Shown here piece by piece: positions 13,460-25,148 of a stretch of DNA of 64,000 nucleotides. The first letter of the stretch is position 1; the number at the start of each line of letters is the position of its first letter. The stretch lies in NCBI GenBank assembly GCA_963575745.1, contig CAUYUJ010000192.1:434001-498000 (forward strand). The letters are read 5' to 3'. The stretch comes from Prorocentrum cordatum. Lineage: Eukaryota. Made by a program: the position numbers and the translations under genes. The notes beneath the pieces were generated by a model. The model was not told the DNA's origin, did no database searches, and saw nothing but the letters and a program-made list of their open reading frames with translations.

Positions 13460-16400
13460 GCCCTCAATCCGCCGAGGCCGTCGGACAAGCTAGTGGCGAG
13501 GATCGAGCGGCGGCGGAGGCGGCGCGGTGCTTGACCGCGTCGGGCGCGCCTCGGCCCTGAGAACAGGCTTGGGCAGCAAACCCGATGGCGACGGTGAGAT
13601 GCGCAAGTGTGAGAGCTCGAAGTCTGCGCAGGTCATGGCGTTCATTATTGTTATGCGTAGTCAAGATCATATTCACGTAGTGGGCACGTGGTGCATGTAG
13701 CTGGTTCCCATTGGTATGAATGATGAGTAAGTTCTGGCTTGCGCGCGCCTGCGTGCCATGATCATCGCATGCGTCGCATGCGCGAGTGCATTTTGACGGG
13801 CTTCGCAGCCTTTTCCCAGCTGGAGCGCCGTTAGCAACGATGGCAGTCCACGCCCCGTCGCCCTCGACGCGGTTGGATCTGTCACCGGCTGCCGTATAGC
13901 CCCAAAACGTTTCCCACGAGGCCGGACGTTGCGCGCGAGCGGCCAATGCACGTCGCCGTCGCTATCGGCCCCGTCGATGGGGCTCTTCTGAGGGGGGGGA
14001 GTGGGCGAGCGAACTGGATCCTGGATGGGGCCCCCGGCCCGCTGATACATCCAGAAGGTGGGCCAAAGAGCGCGCGCGTCACAACGCAGGAAAGAGTCTC
14101 GCACGCATTCGTCCCCCGGCGGATTTCGGATGACGGGCGGCTGCTATGTCTCCTGGGAATTCTCGCCGATGGGGCGCGGAGTCAGGCGCGAATGATCGTC
14201 CGCGCGCAGCTTGGCCCACGGGCGCGCCTTCGATTCGACCGAGAGAGCGCCCTGCGAGTTGACGGTGGCTGCGCTGACTGGGCGGCTGGCTGCTCGCGGC
14301 CGCCCGCTGCTCGAGCCCGCGCCGCCCGGAAAAAGGTAGCGAGAAAATGGCGCATTGATAGGCGGGCGCGCTCGCGTTGCTCTGCCACCAACTCAACCGG
14401 TGCACGAACAATTTCTGTTGCCGAAAGTGCAATCTGCCACTCTTGAAACACATGAAAAAAAGGTAGCGAGGGAATGATGAGCGTTCTGGCCGTAGGCCTG
14501 GCGCGCGGCCCTCCTCATCATTGCTCGGAGCTCTCGTGCGATGGAGCTGTCTAGACGGCGATGGCCCCGCGGGCTCACCGCGTAGCTTTCCAGCCCTGAC
14601 CAGATGGGGCCCGCGACGTTGGAGAGGAAGAATAGACGCTTGGCCCTTCGGGCCCCCCCCCCGAGAACCAGTGGGCGCCACTGCGAACCCCTCCGGCTTT
14701 CCCAGACTGGATTTGAGCTTCAATTTCACGCGATCGCGATTGGCCGCGTGAACATACCACCCAGAATGCATTTTCATCCTGAACCGCGCCCCCAGATATG
14801 CTGCGCTCCCCCACCACTGTGGCCCCGCGGGCCCCCGGAGATACCGGCGCGCCCTGCTCGCCCACGTCCGGGGCGCAGCCGCCGAGGTCCAGGGCCTGAG
14901 CAAGTCGTTGTCGACGGCACTAACTGCAGCGCCTGGAAAGACCGAGCTGTCGGGCACCAAGATTATCACAAACAAACCGACTGCTAACGCGCCGAGGCGC
15001 GCGTCGCGCTGCTCAGCTGAGAACGGGCGCGAAACTTGGAGCGAGCCCCCTCGTGCTTCGGCCGCGTCTGAACGCCATTTTGACGCCACTGGGTCAGAAG
15101 ACCCCATGAACAGTTCAGGTTCGTAAGAAACTCCGCCCCCCCCTTATGTCCCCCGGCGAAGGGCAAGGCTGGCGTCAGAAGCCAGAAGCTGCACCGCAAC
15201 ATCGGCGCGATGCTGCTCGAGGAGGGGGGGGGGTGTTCGTCGCCGCGTCGAACAGCGTGCGCTGCCGTGGCCCTCTGGAGGCAGCCCGACGCGAACGCGC
15301 CGCGCATGTCGCCTTGCTTGGGCAGAACAAGTAAATGCGCAGCTCTCGTTTTCTATATCAAGAGCTTGGCCAGCAGCATCAGCGATTCGCGCCGACGGGA
15401 GAGGGCGCCTCCGCGGGCGCGCGACGGCGGCGAGCATGGCGCCCCACACTGGGCGAGGCCGGCATTGCTGGTTCAAGAACGCGACCGCGATCTCGAACAA
15501 CCGGGCCAACGGCGGGATGCACCTGCGTCGTTTCTCTCGCTGGAGGCGCATCTGCGTGCACTCGAGCTCCCCCGCTGCCGCCTCCAATGCTGCTGCGTCA
15601 AGGGCGCCCGTGATCTCGCCGGTCGGCGCCGGGTCGTCGACGCGGCCCGCCATTCTCGCGACGGCGGCCAGGCCGTCGACGTAGAGACTGGCGCGCGCGG
15701 GCGTCGCCGACAAGCCTCCCGAGTTAGCGGCCTCAGAAAGGGCCGCGGCGCACTCGTGAGCTGTCGGGCGCGTTGAGGGCAGCGCCAGATGCAATCTCTG
15801 TCGCGGGCCCGCGCGGCGACCCGCTCCTGGATGCCGAGCAGCGCTGGGCAATTGAACGGAAACCGTTGCGCGCGAAGCTGAATTCTTACATAAAAATCAA
15901 CTCCAAACGGTCAAGTCGTGCTCGTCGGCGCCAATGAGGCTGACTGCCTCCCAGAATGACACGCTTACTGCCACCATCGCGAATGATCTGCGCGAAAAGA
16001 AAAATGTGGCGCGTCGGGAACTGGTCCTCTTGATCTCTCGGAAAGCCTTTTGCATGTCTCAATGCTCTGCGCAACGTCAACGATGAAAGGATGATTGGTT
16101 TATCTTTTTGCAGGTTTGCAGGCCAGCCGCCAAAAAGCCCAAATCCCATCGAATGTTATCAACGATCGGTGATGGCGTGGCGATGGGAACCTTGAACTGC
16201 ATTACCATCGGAATGTGATCGGCTGCGTGGACAAGACTTCGAATGCGGCGACGAACCTTCCAATCCAATCGCACAGACTTCACAATGTCCATGATGTTGT
16301 CAGGTCAAATGAAGTCATCGATGCGAGAGCAGGGGCGTTTGGGGCTGTAATAGGTGCAACCTGCGTGCGTATGCGCGTTGATGGCGACGAGCTCGTTGGT

Positions 16401-17400
16401 GATCAGCTGGTCGTGTACGGGTCTGCCAAACTCCGTCACGTCGCTAGCCTGATAGCGGCCCAGGGACGCGTCGACGTGTAGTTGTCGTGCTCGCCGTCCG
16501 AACCCTTTGTTGAGGTCTGCGAGGATAATAGGTGTGACCCGGTTCGGCGCCTCCTGCATTACACTTAAAACCCACCCACAGCCGTCGACATCTTTGCCGC
16601 CATGCCTGATTGAGGCCTGGGCCGCTCGGGCGCAGGGGGGGATGCGCAGCAACTAGTCGTAGGCGTATGTGTCCGCGATGAATATCCATGGCTCGTGGTC
16701 GGCAGCCAGGGTGGTCAGCCGCTGGCGGATGCAAAATCTTGACACTGCCAATGTTGCAAGAATAATTCTTTGCGGCTCCGATACTGCAGCCCGCGGAACT
16801 GTTGGTGCGTGCACCTCTGCCCCACCCACAGGGGCACCCACGCGTGATGGTGTGGGGCATCGGCGACGCGATGATGTACCTCGGTCCCGACGTAGAGGAG
16901 CACATCTACTGAGCGGCACAGGTCTGATGTGTGGTCCACTCTGCCCTGGGCGCCCGACAGCGAGAAAGGCCCCAGCCCATGACAATCGGCTTGGTCGAAA
17001 TACTGTGCTGACAAACTTTGGAGTCGCTGCTGATGATGTCCTGGCCGCGCTGCCGTCCTGAAAGTAGAGGCTCGCATCTGGGATCCTGGACATGGTCAGG
17101 TGAAAGCTGCGGTTGTCCCTGATCCCCTGGTGCCAGTGGGTCTCGAACAGCCTCTCGGAGTGCGCGGACTGCTGGCGATTTATCTGCTTAGTGGCCCCCC
17201 ACGCGCTGGCTGCTCGATATTGCTACTGCTGGAGATAGCCATGTTCTCACCGCGCTGTCAAGCGCTTGGTGCCGGCACGCTGAAACATCATTTGCACAAC
17301 ATGGCCGCGCGCGGGGTGCCGTCGGAAGGCCCTCCGCCTCAGCACTGGGCGGGGGGGCTCTGAAAGGGAGGCCGTTGTATCTTCAATTGCCTGAGCGCGC
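13460..17400 (-). mobile_element. Degenerate non-LTR retrotransposon (LINE; APE endonuclease - RT - C-terminal region), frameshifted and dead
   Basis: APE motifs in order: IILADLN (GDxN-like), TYYSP..SRID, DHIP (16.2-16.55 kb). RT remnants in order: DMRGAFAS (~15.3 kb, DxxxAFxS) and YLG (~14.8 kb). Multiple stops and frame changes. Confidence 0.75.
16150..17000 (-). pseudogene. Apurinic-like endonuclease (EEP/APE) domain remnant of LINE ORF2
   Basis: ORF pieces 16715-17077, 16444-16905, 16305-16652 and 16077-16292 join by frameshifts into the EEP motif order. Confidence 0.75.
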
Positions 17401-17419
17401 GGCGGCCTTATGATGATGC

Positions 17420-17452
<33 letters not shown>

Positions 17453-18495
17453 CGACGCTGAGGGGAAAGACGAGGGGAAGGACGAGTTCAATTGTCAGTC
17501 GAGAGCTTTGGGGGGGGCAGAGTCACCGGCAGCTTTTAAATACCCTCTGAGGCTAGTCTCATCACGAGAGATAAGGACAAAACAATGTTCTAAGAACTGT
17601 GCGATGCTCTTAGAACAGTAAGCAGACACAGTAAAGCAAAACGGTCTCAGGTTGAGATGACCGCGGCGGTTGCTGAGGGGATAGGGGGCTGAGAAGCGGA
17701 TGCTAAGCTAGGTTATATCTGGGCTAAGCTAATTTACATTGGGCGTTGGGGGGACTGGGCTCATAGGACCTGGTTTAATGGTGTTTACTGGGGGACGCCC
17801 CCCCACCCCATTCCACTAACCGGAACTGCCGCAACCCGAAGAAACGCAGGCTGTGGCAAACCTAATTTAGCGATTGCATGCCGTATTTTGTTTGGGCGTC
17901 GGGGCCCAATGACTAACCGGTTCCCCTTAACCAGGGTTCTGCCTAGATAGGTATGATTATCAATGGGTTACAATTGCCGAACATTGAAGCGGAGCTCGAT
18001 AAATCCGCCAAGCAGGTGGGGCCCACCTAGCGCTGATCGCTAACCGCTCAACCAATAACCCATTGTCAGCTGGGCAATGCCAGACATTATCCACCTTCAA
18101 AACGCTTCTAGGCTCCCCCTTGGGGAACCAGAGGCTACCGATACCACTACTCCAAGGTCCTCTCCTGAGGTGCGTTCGGACCAAACTTTCGAGGCGAATC
18201 CAGCGGTGGCGACGAGGGCGTACTCAATGACCACATCCCAGAAATAATTCTAGCACCCAGAAAGGTATCGAAGCAGCGTCGAACGAGTATCGCCCCCCAG
18301 GGCCTGACACATGAAACCCCTCAAGTGTCGGTACTTCCGTGATGATCGAAAGCCTGTTTGGTGATCAAGGCTAGAGTAGGTTGGACCATCATACCCCTGT
18401 TCCCTCAGCAACCCCCGCGGTCATTGCAGCAGGCAAGCCAAGACGCTCCGCCTCCGCCCGACGGGCAATACAGAAACCTTCCACAAGAAGACCAA

Positions 18496-18628
18496 CCCTG
18501 AGACCCCAGGCCATCTATTGATGTTTGGCGTGGGAACGCCACGCTTTCCATAGCAAGACCATCGAAACCCAAGAAACCCAGGGCACCCTGGAGGCAAGCA
18601 GGGTGTTTTTTTTGGCATGGGCTTCCAC
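18496..18628 (+). repeat. Dispersed ~135-bp repeat (second copy 56557-56687)
   Basis: ctgagaccccagg...tgggaacg.cacgctttccatagc...acccaagaaacccagggcaccctg...ttggcatgggcttccact shared. Confidence 0.85.
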
Positions 18629-19160
18629 TGTAAGTTGGCGGCGAGCGAGGGGGGGAAATGAGAAGGAGAACGCCTTCTCAGAAGGCGGCGGGACTTCTCA
18701 GAGGCCCTCGCGCCTTCTGAGAGATCGTTGTTCGTCTTCGGGGACGGCTTGGAAAACTTCTCTCAGAAGGCCCGGGGGGGACTTCCGAACCTTCTGAGAA
18801 GGCCTGGGCCCCCGCTGTAGGGCGCGCCACCCCTGCTCTGGGCTCGGGGGCGGCCACGCCAGGACAAAAGAAAAACGCGCGCGCGGCGGCGCGGCGTGGG
18901 GACTTGTGGAGTCACGTCGGCATGTCCTCCTATTGTCGGGCCTAGGAAGAAAAAAGAAGCAGTGTCCAGAAATAGTTCTTAACAATGGTCCAAGATAGTC
19001 GAAAAAATCTTCCCTGACTAATGTTTGACCCTGGTTGGACATCCCCCCTGTGGAGGGGCCTGCCCGACTCAACGGTGGAGCGGCGGCTGCGGCACGCTCG
19101 GGGGCAACCCAGTGGGAGTCTCCCGTGCCATCTTCCTGGCTCCCCAGGAGATCCAACGTA

Positions 19161-19336
19161 CAGTCGGGGCCTTGACCTAAGGAACCTTACGTAAGGAACG
19201 AGGCCCCTTGATCCCAGCAGTTCAGCTTGGATGTCCCATCGAAGACCGCAGGAAAACCCGGGCCAAACTGCAAAACAGTGAAGGGACACCGAGCCCCTCC
19301 CCAACCAAAAGGGCTCCTTCTTCGGGGCCCCGACTG
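19161..19336. mobile_element. MITE with CAGTCGGGGC TIRs and TA target site (Tc1/mariner-like), copy 1
   Basis: TA|CAGTCGGGGC ... GCCCCGACTG|CA; homologous to 31980-32156. Confidence 0.8.
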
Positions 19337-19841
19337 CATCGAACAAAACAAAAGGGCGAGCGTCTTTCGCGGCGCTCGGCCTCGGAAGGCCTGCGGCCGG
19401 CCCCGCGGCCGTCAACCGAACGGCTCGAAAAGAAGGACCGGCCCTGGGGAAAGGGCCAGAACTTCCAGACCCCGCATTGAAAAAATCACGACACCGGATC
19501 TCTGGGTCTAGCGAGTCGGCGCTGCCCGACGCTACTCGACGCCACATCGACGCTAATCGGCACCAGTACGGCGCTTCTCATCGATGACCAGACGCTGGCG
19601 CACACTGGTGCACTCCAGAGATGAAATTGCGAGGGCACACGAGGCTGCCAAGACGTGCTATCGACGACACCCAAGATTCTCAAACGACTTGCTCTGAAAC
19701 GTGAATACAATTCAAAAACTGCTCCACGAAGCAGGAGAAAGAACAGCTCCGGAAGTGGAACCGGAACCAGAGCTGGACAAACATTATCCTGGCGAAGGAC
19801 CCAACCATATGATGTTGTGGGTACCGCAACTGTGAATATTT

Positions 19842-21100
19842 TCTTCGGTGAAGCTCCCTTTGGGGCCACGAAACGCTGCGCTGGGCGGGGGGGGAACGCA
19901 TGCGGGCGGTAGCACTGGAGCCGTCGGTGAAGCTCCCTATGAGGCCACGAAACGCTGCACTAGGTGGGTGAAAATACCAAATTAGGCTTGTGGGACGCAT
20001 GCGGGCGGTCCCGTTAGGGGCCTCGGTGAGGTTCCTTATGGGGCCGCGAAGCGTTGTCAAGGGTGGGTGAAAATGCCAAATTGGGTGTGGGGGTCGCATG
20101 CGGGCGGCCCCACTGGGGGCTTCGGTGGGGCTCCCTATGGGGCACCGAAGCGCTGTACTGGGTTGGTGAAATTGCCAAATTGGGCGTGGGAGACGCATGC
20201 GGGCGGTCCCACTAGAGGTTTCGGTGGAGCTCCCTGTGGGGGACGCATGCGGGCGGTCCCACTGGGGGCTTCGGTGGAGCTCCGTATGGGGCCACGAAGC
20301 GCTGTACTGGGCGGGTGAAAATGCCAAATTGGGCATGGTGGACGCATGCGGGCGGTCACATTGGGGGCTTCGGTGGAGCTCCTTATGGGGCCACGAAACG
20401 CTGTGCTGGGTGGGCGAGAATGCCAAATTGGGATGTGGGGGTCGCATGCGGGCGGCCCCACTGGGGGCTTCGGTGGAGCTCCTTATGGGGCGACGAAGCG
20501 CTGTACTGGATGGGTGAACATGTCAAATTGCGCGTGGGGGACGCATGCGGGCGGCCCCACTGGGGGCTTCGGTGGAGCTCCTTATGGGGCGACGAAGCGC
20601 TGTACTGGATCGGTGAACATGTCAAATTGCGCGTGGGGGACGCATGCGGGCGGTCCCACTGGGGGTTTCGGTGGAGCTCCCTATGGGGCACCGAAGCGCT
20701 GTATTGCGTGGGTGACAATGCCAAATTGGGCGCGGGGGACGCATGCGGGCGGTCCCACTGGGGGCTCCTGTGGAGCTCCCTATGGGGCCACGAAACGCTG
20801 TACTGGGTGGGTGACAATGCCAAATCGGGTGCGGGGGACGCATGTGGACGGTCCCACTGAGGGCTTCGGTGGAGCTCCTTCTGGGGCCACGAAACGCTGT
20901 AGTGGGTAGGTGAAAATTCCAAATTGGGTGGGGGACGCACGCGGGCGGTCACATTGGGGGCTTCGGTGGGGCTCCCTATGGGGCCACGAAGCGTTGTGGG
21001 GGACGCGGCTTCGGTGGGTGAAAATGCCAAATTCGATGTGGGGGACGCGGCTTCGGTGGAGCTCCCTATGGGGTCACGAAGCGCTGTGCTGGGTGAGCGA
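19842..21100 (+). repeat. 99-bp tandem satellite, ~12 partly truncated units
   Basis: cttcggtggagctcc recurs at 20468, 20567 etc.; the unit length is a multiple of 3, which creates spurious repetitive ORFs. Confidence 0.95.
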
Positions 21101-21167
21101 CTCTTTGGCGTGTGAAGGGAGATGCTGCTGCTGTACAATGCGCCGTCCTCCGCCCTGTTGGAGTAGT

Positions 21168-21410
21168 GGCCTCCTAGATGGGGTCCGAGTAGATGGGGTC
21201 GGCGGATCTCGCCGCATCGCCGATACATCGGCGATGCATCGCCGATGCATCGGCGATGCACCGGCGATGCACTGGCGACGTCGGCGATGCACTGGCGACG
21301 TCGGCGTGGAGAGAAGTGGGCCCCACATCAAGCCGCATCAGCGATGCATCGCCGATGCATCAGCGATGCGGCACGATCCTCCGACCCCATCTACTCCGAC
21401 CCCACCTAGG
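21168..21410. mobile_element. Palindromic MITE-like family with CATCGCCGATGCATCGGCGATG core (related copies ~3940-4105, 24779-24983, ~36775-36995)
   Basis: Arms ggggtccgagtagatggggtcgg.ggatc / gatcctccgacc.catctactc.gacccc around short internal palindromes. Confidence 0.8.
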
Positions 21411-22701
21411 CTTATGTTGTTCCCATCCCACTTAAGGACCACATCCCAGAAATAATTTCGAGCACCCAACAAAGTGTCAAAAGAGTACCAAAAGAGTGTC
21501 GAAACAGTGTCGGGCAAGTGTCTCCCAGGGCCCGACACGTGAAAACCCTCGAGCTTCGGTACCTTTTCCTGGCGCTCGAGATTCTTCCTGGTGGTCCAGG
21601 CTGGAGTAGGCTGGAACATCATAGATCTGGGCGGCCTGGATGGAAGCAGGGTCGGCGTGGACATCCCGACTTGGGGCATAAAACAGGGCTAGGATCGGGA
21701 TAAATCGCTCCAGAGCGTTCCGGAGCGCTCTCAGAGCGTTCCGAAACGCTCTGGAGCGGCCGCGGCGCCCAATACATCCTCCAAACCCGCCGATTCTCAG
21801 AGATTTCGAGCTATCCCGATCCGATTTGGTCCCGATCTTCGCGTCGTCTTCATAGATCTAGGCGGCCTGGATGGAAGCAGGGGCGACGTGGACGTCCCGA
21901 CTTGGGGCACCAGGGCCGATGAGCGTGGCGGCGGCGTGGGCCCTGGTGGGCGCCGGCCGAGGCCGTGGGCCCCGGTGGGTGACACCCGGGCTCCGTGCGG
22001 TGCGTCGGGGAGCGGCGCAGCACAGCGCAGCTGCGGCACATCGACAAGGTGTTGCACCGCCTGGCGCTGGCAGCAAATATCGCATCGCTGTGATATCAAT
22101 CGCCTGTTTCCCCCCCCCTCCCCCCCGATCTGAATAACTATTTTGAGTTCGGTCCGGGCTGGTCGAAGCAGCTCGGCGGTGCAACATTTTGTCGGGAGCC
22201 CCCGGGCGGACCAGGGGCCCTTCGCCATGCACCCAACATTGAGATCGGGGGGAAGGGGGGGGGCAAGAGCAATGCAGTACAGGTGCCAATGCACAGCAAA
22301 AGTGGTGCAACATTTTGTCGATGTACGCTAAGTGAGCGTCTTCTTATTCGGCCTTCCGACATTGGGCGGAAATGGGGGGAGGGGGGTCTCTTGCTGCAGA
22401 CTCCTGCTCAGTGCGACCGTTTGGGACCGTGCGTCCTGTGGGGTAGGGACTCCGCCTGCTCGAAACGGGCGCCAAAAAGGGCCAGGATCCACTCCATGGG
22501 GAGGGGGACGGGGGGTGTGAGGGCCCGCGCCGATCGGCAAAACAATGAATAATGATTGTTTTCCGCAGTGTTTCATCAGTTCGTCCCTGAACTTTGCTGG
22601 TCGGGGCGATGATGCTCGTACCGGTGACAAGTTCAGTTTGGTGTTTGCAAGCCAGTTCGCTGTACGCAGCGATTTTTCTACCGACGCCGCCGCTACGCTT
22701 A

Positions 22702-22836
22702 GGCCGGGCATGTCCTCATACAAGCGGATTTTGGTCAGAAAAAATTTAAATGGTCAGACAAATGATCAAAACATCGTCCCCGGACTATTGTTTGACTGCT
22801 TTTGGATACTTCTCCTGTAGAGGGACATGCCCGACT
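22702..22836. mobile_element. 'GTCGGGCCTGTCCCC' TIR MITE copy
   Basis: ggccgggcatgtcctcatac ... tgtagagggacatgcccgact|taa; central aacatcgtccccggactatt. Confidence 0.75.
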
Positions 22837-24180
22837 TAACACTACGCCGCGGTTCGGCGACGCAGGCTTCCTTTCGAGTCAGGCTGCTGTCCTGGCGATC
22901 GTGTGAGGTTGCCTTTGGGCGGCCCTTGCCTGGAGGTCTGGGCTGCGGTGGTGCATAGGACGCACGGCGCTGGCGTTCTGGAGCCATGGCGCGAGCGGAA
23001 CTGAGGAGGCTCAAATCAATCACGCGCTGAAATTAGAAGACAACAAATCCAGCCCCATAAGCCAGAAGAACCACCGCGACAAGCGAGGCCGCTTGGCAAA
23101 CGCACCCAAAGATGGAATCGAACATGGTCGGGATGTTTAGTAAACGCCCAGGGTGGCTTAGTAAACGAATAACTATAGGGTCCAGGTGGTGTTTCTTCCC
23201 TTGAAATGGCGTGTGTCCAGAGTCGCGATGCGTTCTACGGAACTGGTGGGCGCTTAGAGTCTTGGTTTCGCCCTGGGCCGAAGGCCTGCGAGCAGAGACT
23301 AGAGAGATGGAGAGAGAGGCAGAGACAAACAGGGAGAGAGGCTCAGGACTGGAAAGCTGCAGGCATCGAGAGCGCGAGAGACCTGCTCCCCGCCCAGCCC
23401 AGAGACAGCGCACGGGGATGGCTCCTCTCGAGCCGAAGGCTCACCCGACAGGCGGAGCCGACGGACCTCTCGTGCGAACGGGCCCCGGCGACACCGGGTA
23501 TGAGCCAACGGTCGACCGGCCTCGCCCTCACCCTCCAGCCCCCGCAGGCGTGCGCGGAGGTCCAGACCTCCGATGCCATGCTTCTTTCGTGGAGGGAGCC
23601 CTCTACCAGTGGGCCAGAGCTTGGAACACGAGAGGCCGTCGTCACCTCCCTGTGGCGCCGCCGGGCGCCTGGGAAGCACGACGAAATCAGGATCGGGACA
23701 ACATCGGATCGATATAGATCGGGGCGGTAAGGACGCCAGCAGGTCCAGAGGATGCATCGGGCGTCGCGGCCGCTCCGGAGCGATCCGAAACGCCATGAGA
23801 GGTCTTGGACACATCGGAAACGACTCGGCCAGAGTGTCTAGGCCTGCCCGAATGGGGCGAAACTGATGTCGTGAAGCCATCGGCTCAGGATGTGTTCCAG
23901 GACTTCTGGGGTATCCATGAAGGGGCCCAGGGGCACACAGAGATATACACACAAATCCCAGGAGTCCCCATATTTGTCTACATTTTCTGGGTGCTCGTCT
24001 TCCCCCCCCCACTTCCCCTATTTTCTTGAGGATCGACGATGACTTGTGCATCGTCGTTTCCCTCCTCCCAAATCTATAGCGGCCTTCGCTTCTGGGGCCC
24101 GCACGGAAGAATAGGACGTCTTTGAAGCCAGTGGACACCTTGGAACGTATCACGATGAGGACCTCTTTCAGGGGGACGTA

Positions 24181-24362
24181 AGACCTGGGTACAGGGGACT
24201 CGGAAATCCCCGACGAGGTCGTCAAAAAAATGACGAGGCCGAGCCTGCATTTTGACGAAGCCTCCCGCTGCAGACATCCCACGAAACTCCTCCTCGTCAA
24301 AATCCGAAGCACGGTCGTCAAAAAACCATTGGTAACCCGAGTCCCCTGGCAAACCCGGGTCT
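24181..24362. mobile_element. MITE-like element with ~25-bp TIRs and TA flanks
   Basis: cgta|agacctgggtacaggggactcgg ... ccgagtcccctggcaaacccgggtct|tacg. Confidence 0.7.
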
Positions 24363-24990
24363 TACGCTCCCCCGACTCTTGCTCCTCTGACTGAAGCCCA
24401 TGTTGGCATGATTCGCGACGACGTCCGTGACCGTCTCCGCCCCCCCCATCCCTCCCCCACTCCCCCCCCCGGCCACGTCACGATCCGCAACGGCGCCGTC
24501 TGGGAGAGAGCCATTCTTGGGCATTCCCAGACGGCGCCGCCGCGAATCGCGGCGTGACTGGCCCTCTCCCCCCCTCGCACCCCTCGCCCTGGCGACGCCC
24601 GTTATCGTTAATCGCCAGGGAATGAAACAAGATTGCTGCTAGGGGTGCGGCAGCGTAACTGCTGCCGCAACCTGGCGCGCAGCCGTGCAGTGGTACTGCG
24701 ACGCCTTGTGAGGCCAAGGAATTTGTGCTCATGAGCTCTGCACCCGAAGCCTCGTCACTCTCTCTGAGGAAGTAGAGACCTCCTAGATGGGGTCCTTGTG
24801 AATGGGATCGAAGGATCGCGCCGCATCGGCGATACATCGCCGATGCATCGGCGATGCAGCGGCGAGGCATCGGCGCCGTCGGCGTGGAGAAAACCAGGCC
24901 CCACGTCGAGCCGCATCGCCGATGCCTCGTCGATGCGACGCGATCCTCCGACCTCATCTACTCGGACCCCATCCAGGAGGCCTAGACTCA

Positions 24991-25148
24991 GGTCGGGCCT
25001 GTCCCCCTACAGGCCGATTCTGAACGAATAAACAAACAAATAGTCAAAAAGTACCCCAGACATATTCCAAAATATAGTAGGAACATCGTCCCCGATCTAT
25101 TTTTTGACTACTGTTGAATAATATCCCTGTAGGGGGACAGGCCCGACT
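24991..25148. mobile_element. 'GTCGGGCCTGTCCCC' TIR MITE copy
   Basis: gtcgggcctgtccccctacagg ... cctgtagggggacaggcccgac, a perfect 22-bp inverted pair. Confidence 0.85.

Noticed and set aside
14079..15851. Intact reverse transcriptase gene
   Set aside because: No intact YADD-type catalytic motif; motifs are scattered over several frames with stops
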